Shown one piece after another: positions 47,595-48,364 of a stretch of DNA of 48,364 nucleotides (position 1 is its first letter; each line of letters starts with the position of its first letter). Below the pieces are notes generated by a model. The model did not search any database. It was not told the origin of the DNA and saw nothing but the letters and a program-made list of their open reading frames with translations. A program made the translations under genes and the position numbers. Source of the stretch: Bdellovibrionota bacterium (GTDB taxonomy: Bacteria; Bdellovibrionota_C; UBA2361; OMIW01); the NCBI GenBank assembly GCA_044345055.1, contig JBIJBT010000010.1:1-48364 (forward strand). The letters run 5' to 3'.

Positions 47595-48364
47595 CTATTC
47601 CGGAGATCCCAAAAAATCCTTTCGCAACGGATCACATCCGAGAGAAACCTCTTTCCCGTCGTAAATGCCATCTCCGTCACTATCTGCTGCACGGGGATCT
47701 GTCCCGAGTGCAAACTCTAACCAGTCAGCTACTCCATCAGCATCAGCATCATCTCCATCAATTGGAAGCCCGCGACTCACCTTCACCTCATCACCCAGAC
47801 AAAATCCTCCTCGACTATTTGGGAGGCTCTTCGGGTCTACTGGCGATGAAGCTGACCAAACTTCAGCACCATCAGCACATCCATCTCCATCAGAATCGGC
47901 CTCCGCGGGATTCGTGCCGTAACGCATCTCATCGCCCTGAGCTAAACCATCCCCATCATCATCGATGCCCTTGAGTCTCTCCTGAAGAAGTGACGCGCAC
48001 GAGGAAGCGGGGGAGCGGCCGCTGTTTTGTGGATCTGAACCTAGCTCTGTTTCCGTCTCATCAGTAAAACCATCACCATCTGAATCTGGACCGACCCGCG
48101 CTACAAATCCCTCACCGAGCCAATTCGCCCCACCTGTCGAACCAGGAACACCGCTTCCCAACAATCCATTTAACCCACCACGGGAAGAATCGGAGAGATC
48201 GTCGTCAGTACCGCTTGTCGATTTCTTCGAATTACTTTCATCTTTTAGCTTGGTGACAATTTCTCGAAATTGATCTGTCGATGGTTCGATCGTAGCCGTA
48301 GCCATTTGTGTTGGCGAACCAGTTGGGCTCGCTGAAGCTGTTGGGGAGGGACTTGGAGTAATGG
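47595..48364 (-). CDS. C-terminal part of a protein with thrombospondin type-3-like Ca-binding repeats (5' end outside the window)
   Basis: Five DxDxDG..D..E...G..P-type repeats; the frame stays open to the window edge (ITPSPSPTASASPTGSPTQM), so the listed Met at 48305 is probably internal. Confidence 0.8.
   Translation of the reverse strand, partial: ITPSPSPTASASPTGSPTQMATATIEPSTDQFREIVTKLKDESNSKKSTSGTDDDLSDSSRGGLNGLLGSGVPGSTGGANWLGEGFVARVGPDSDGDGFTDETETELGSDPQNSGRSPASSCASLLQERLKGIDDDGDGLAQGDEMRYGTNPAEADSDGDGCADGAEVWSASSPVDPKSLPNSRGGFCLGDEVKVSRGLPIDGDDADADGVADWLEFALGTDPRAADSDGDGIYDGKEVSLGCDPLRKDFLGSPE

Overview
This is a bacterial chromosomal window of about 50% GC. Its gene content (Hanks kinase, FHA proteins, secreted trypsin, Ca-binding repeats) is reminiscent of a deltaproteobacteria/Bdellovibrionota/Myxococcota-like organism; the taxonomy is inference only. 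Most of the window is housekeeping: smpB, panBD, nagZ, nth, murA, groES-groEL, prfA-prmC, rlmD, pssA, hppD, an LD-carboxypeptidase and hemL. It also has a DUF58-transglutaminase-TPR-MoxR operon and an SDR/FAD-oxidoreductase/DUF1365/Cfa-like fatty-acid modification cluster. The main finding is a highly divergent, stripped-down non-flagellar type III secretion-like operon at about 1.8-9.7 kb. It encodes two soluble FHA proteins, SctJ, a FliG/SctK-position protein, SctQ, SctR, SctS, probable SctT, a SctU lacking its cytoplasmic switch domain, and a SctX/SctY(SycD)-like pair. Its export-gate subunits have lost the Met gasket and Gln-belt motifs, yet every ORF is intact. About 5 kb downstream is an orphan 122-aa gene with a strong RBS whose product resembles a T3SS needle/filament subunit (SctF/Bsp22-type C-terminus). 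Other oddities are an intact but apparently ATPase-dead UvrA paralog and a MurA with the fosfomycin-resistance Cys-to-Asp substitution. No rRNA, tRNA, CRISPR array or mobile element was seen. All family assignments come from motif recognition by eye, with reference sequences recalled from memory; no database search was run.
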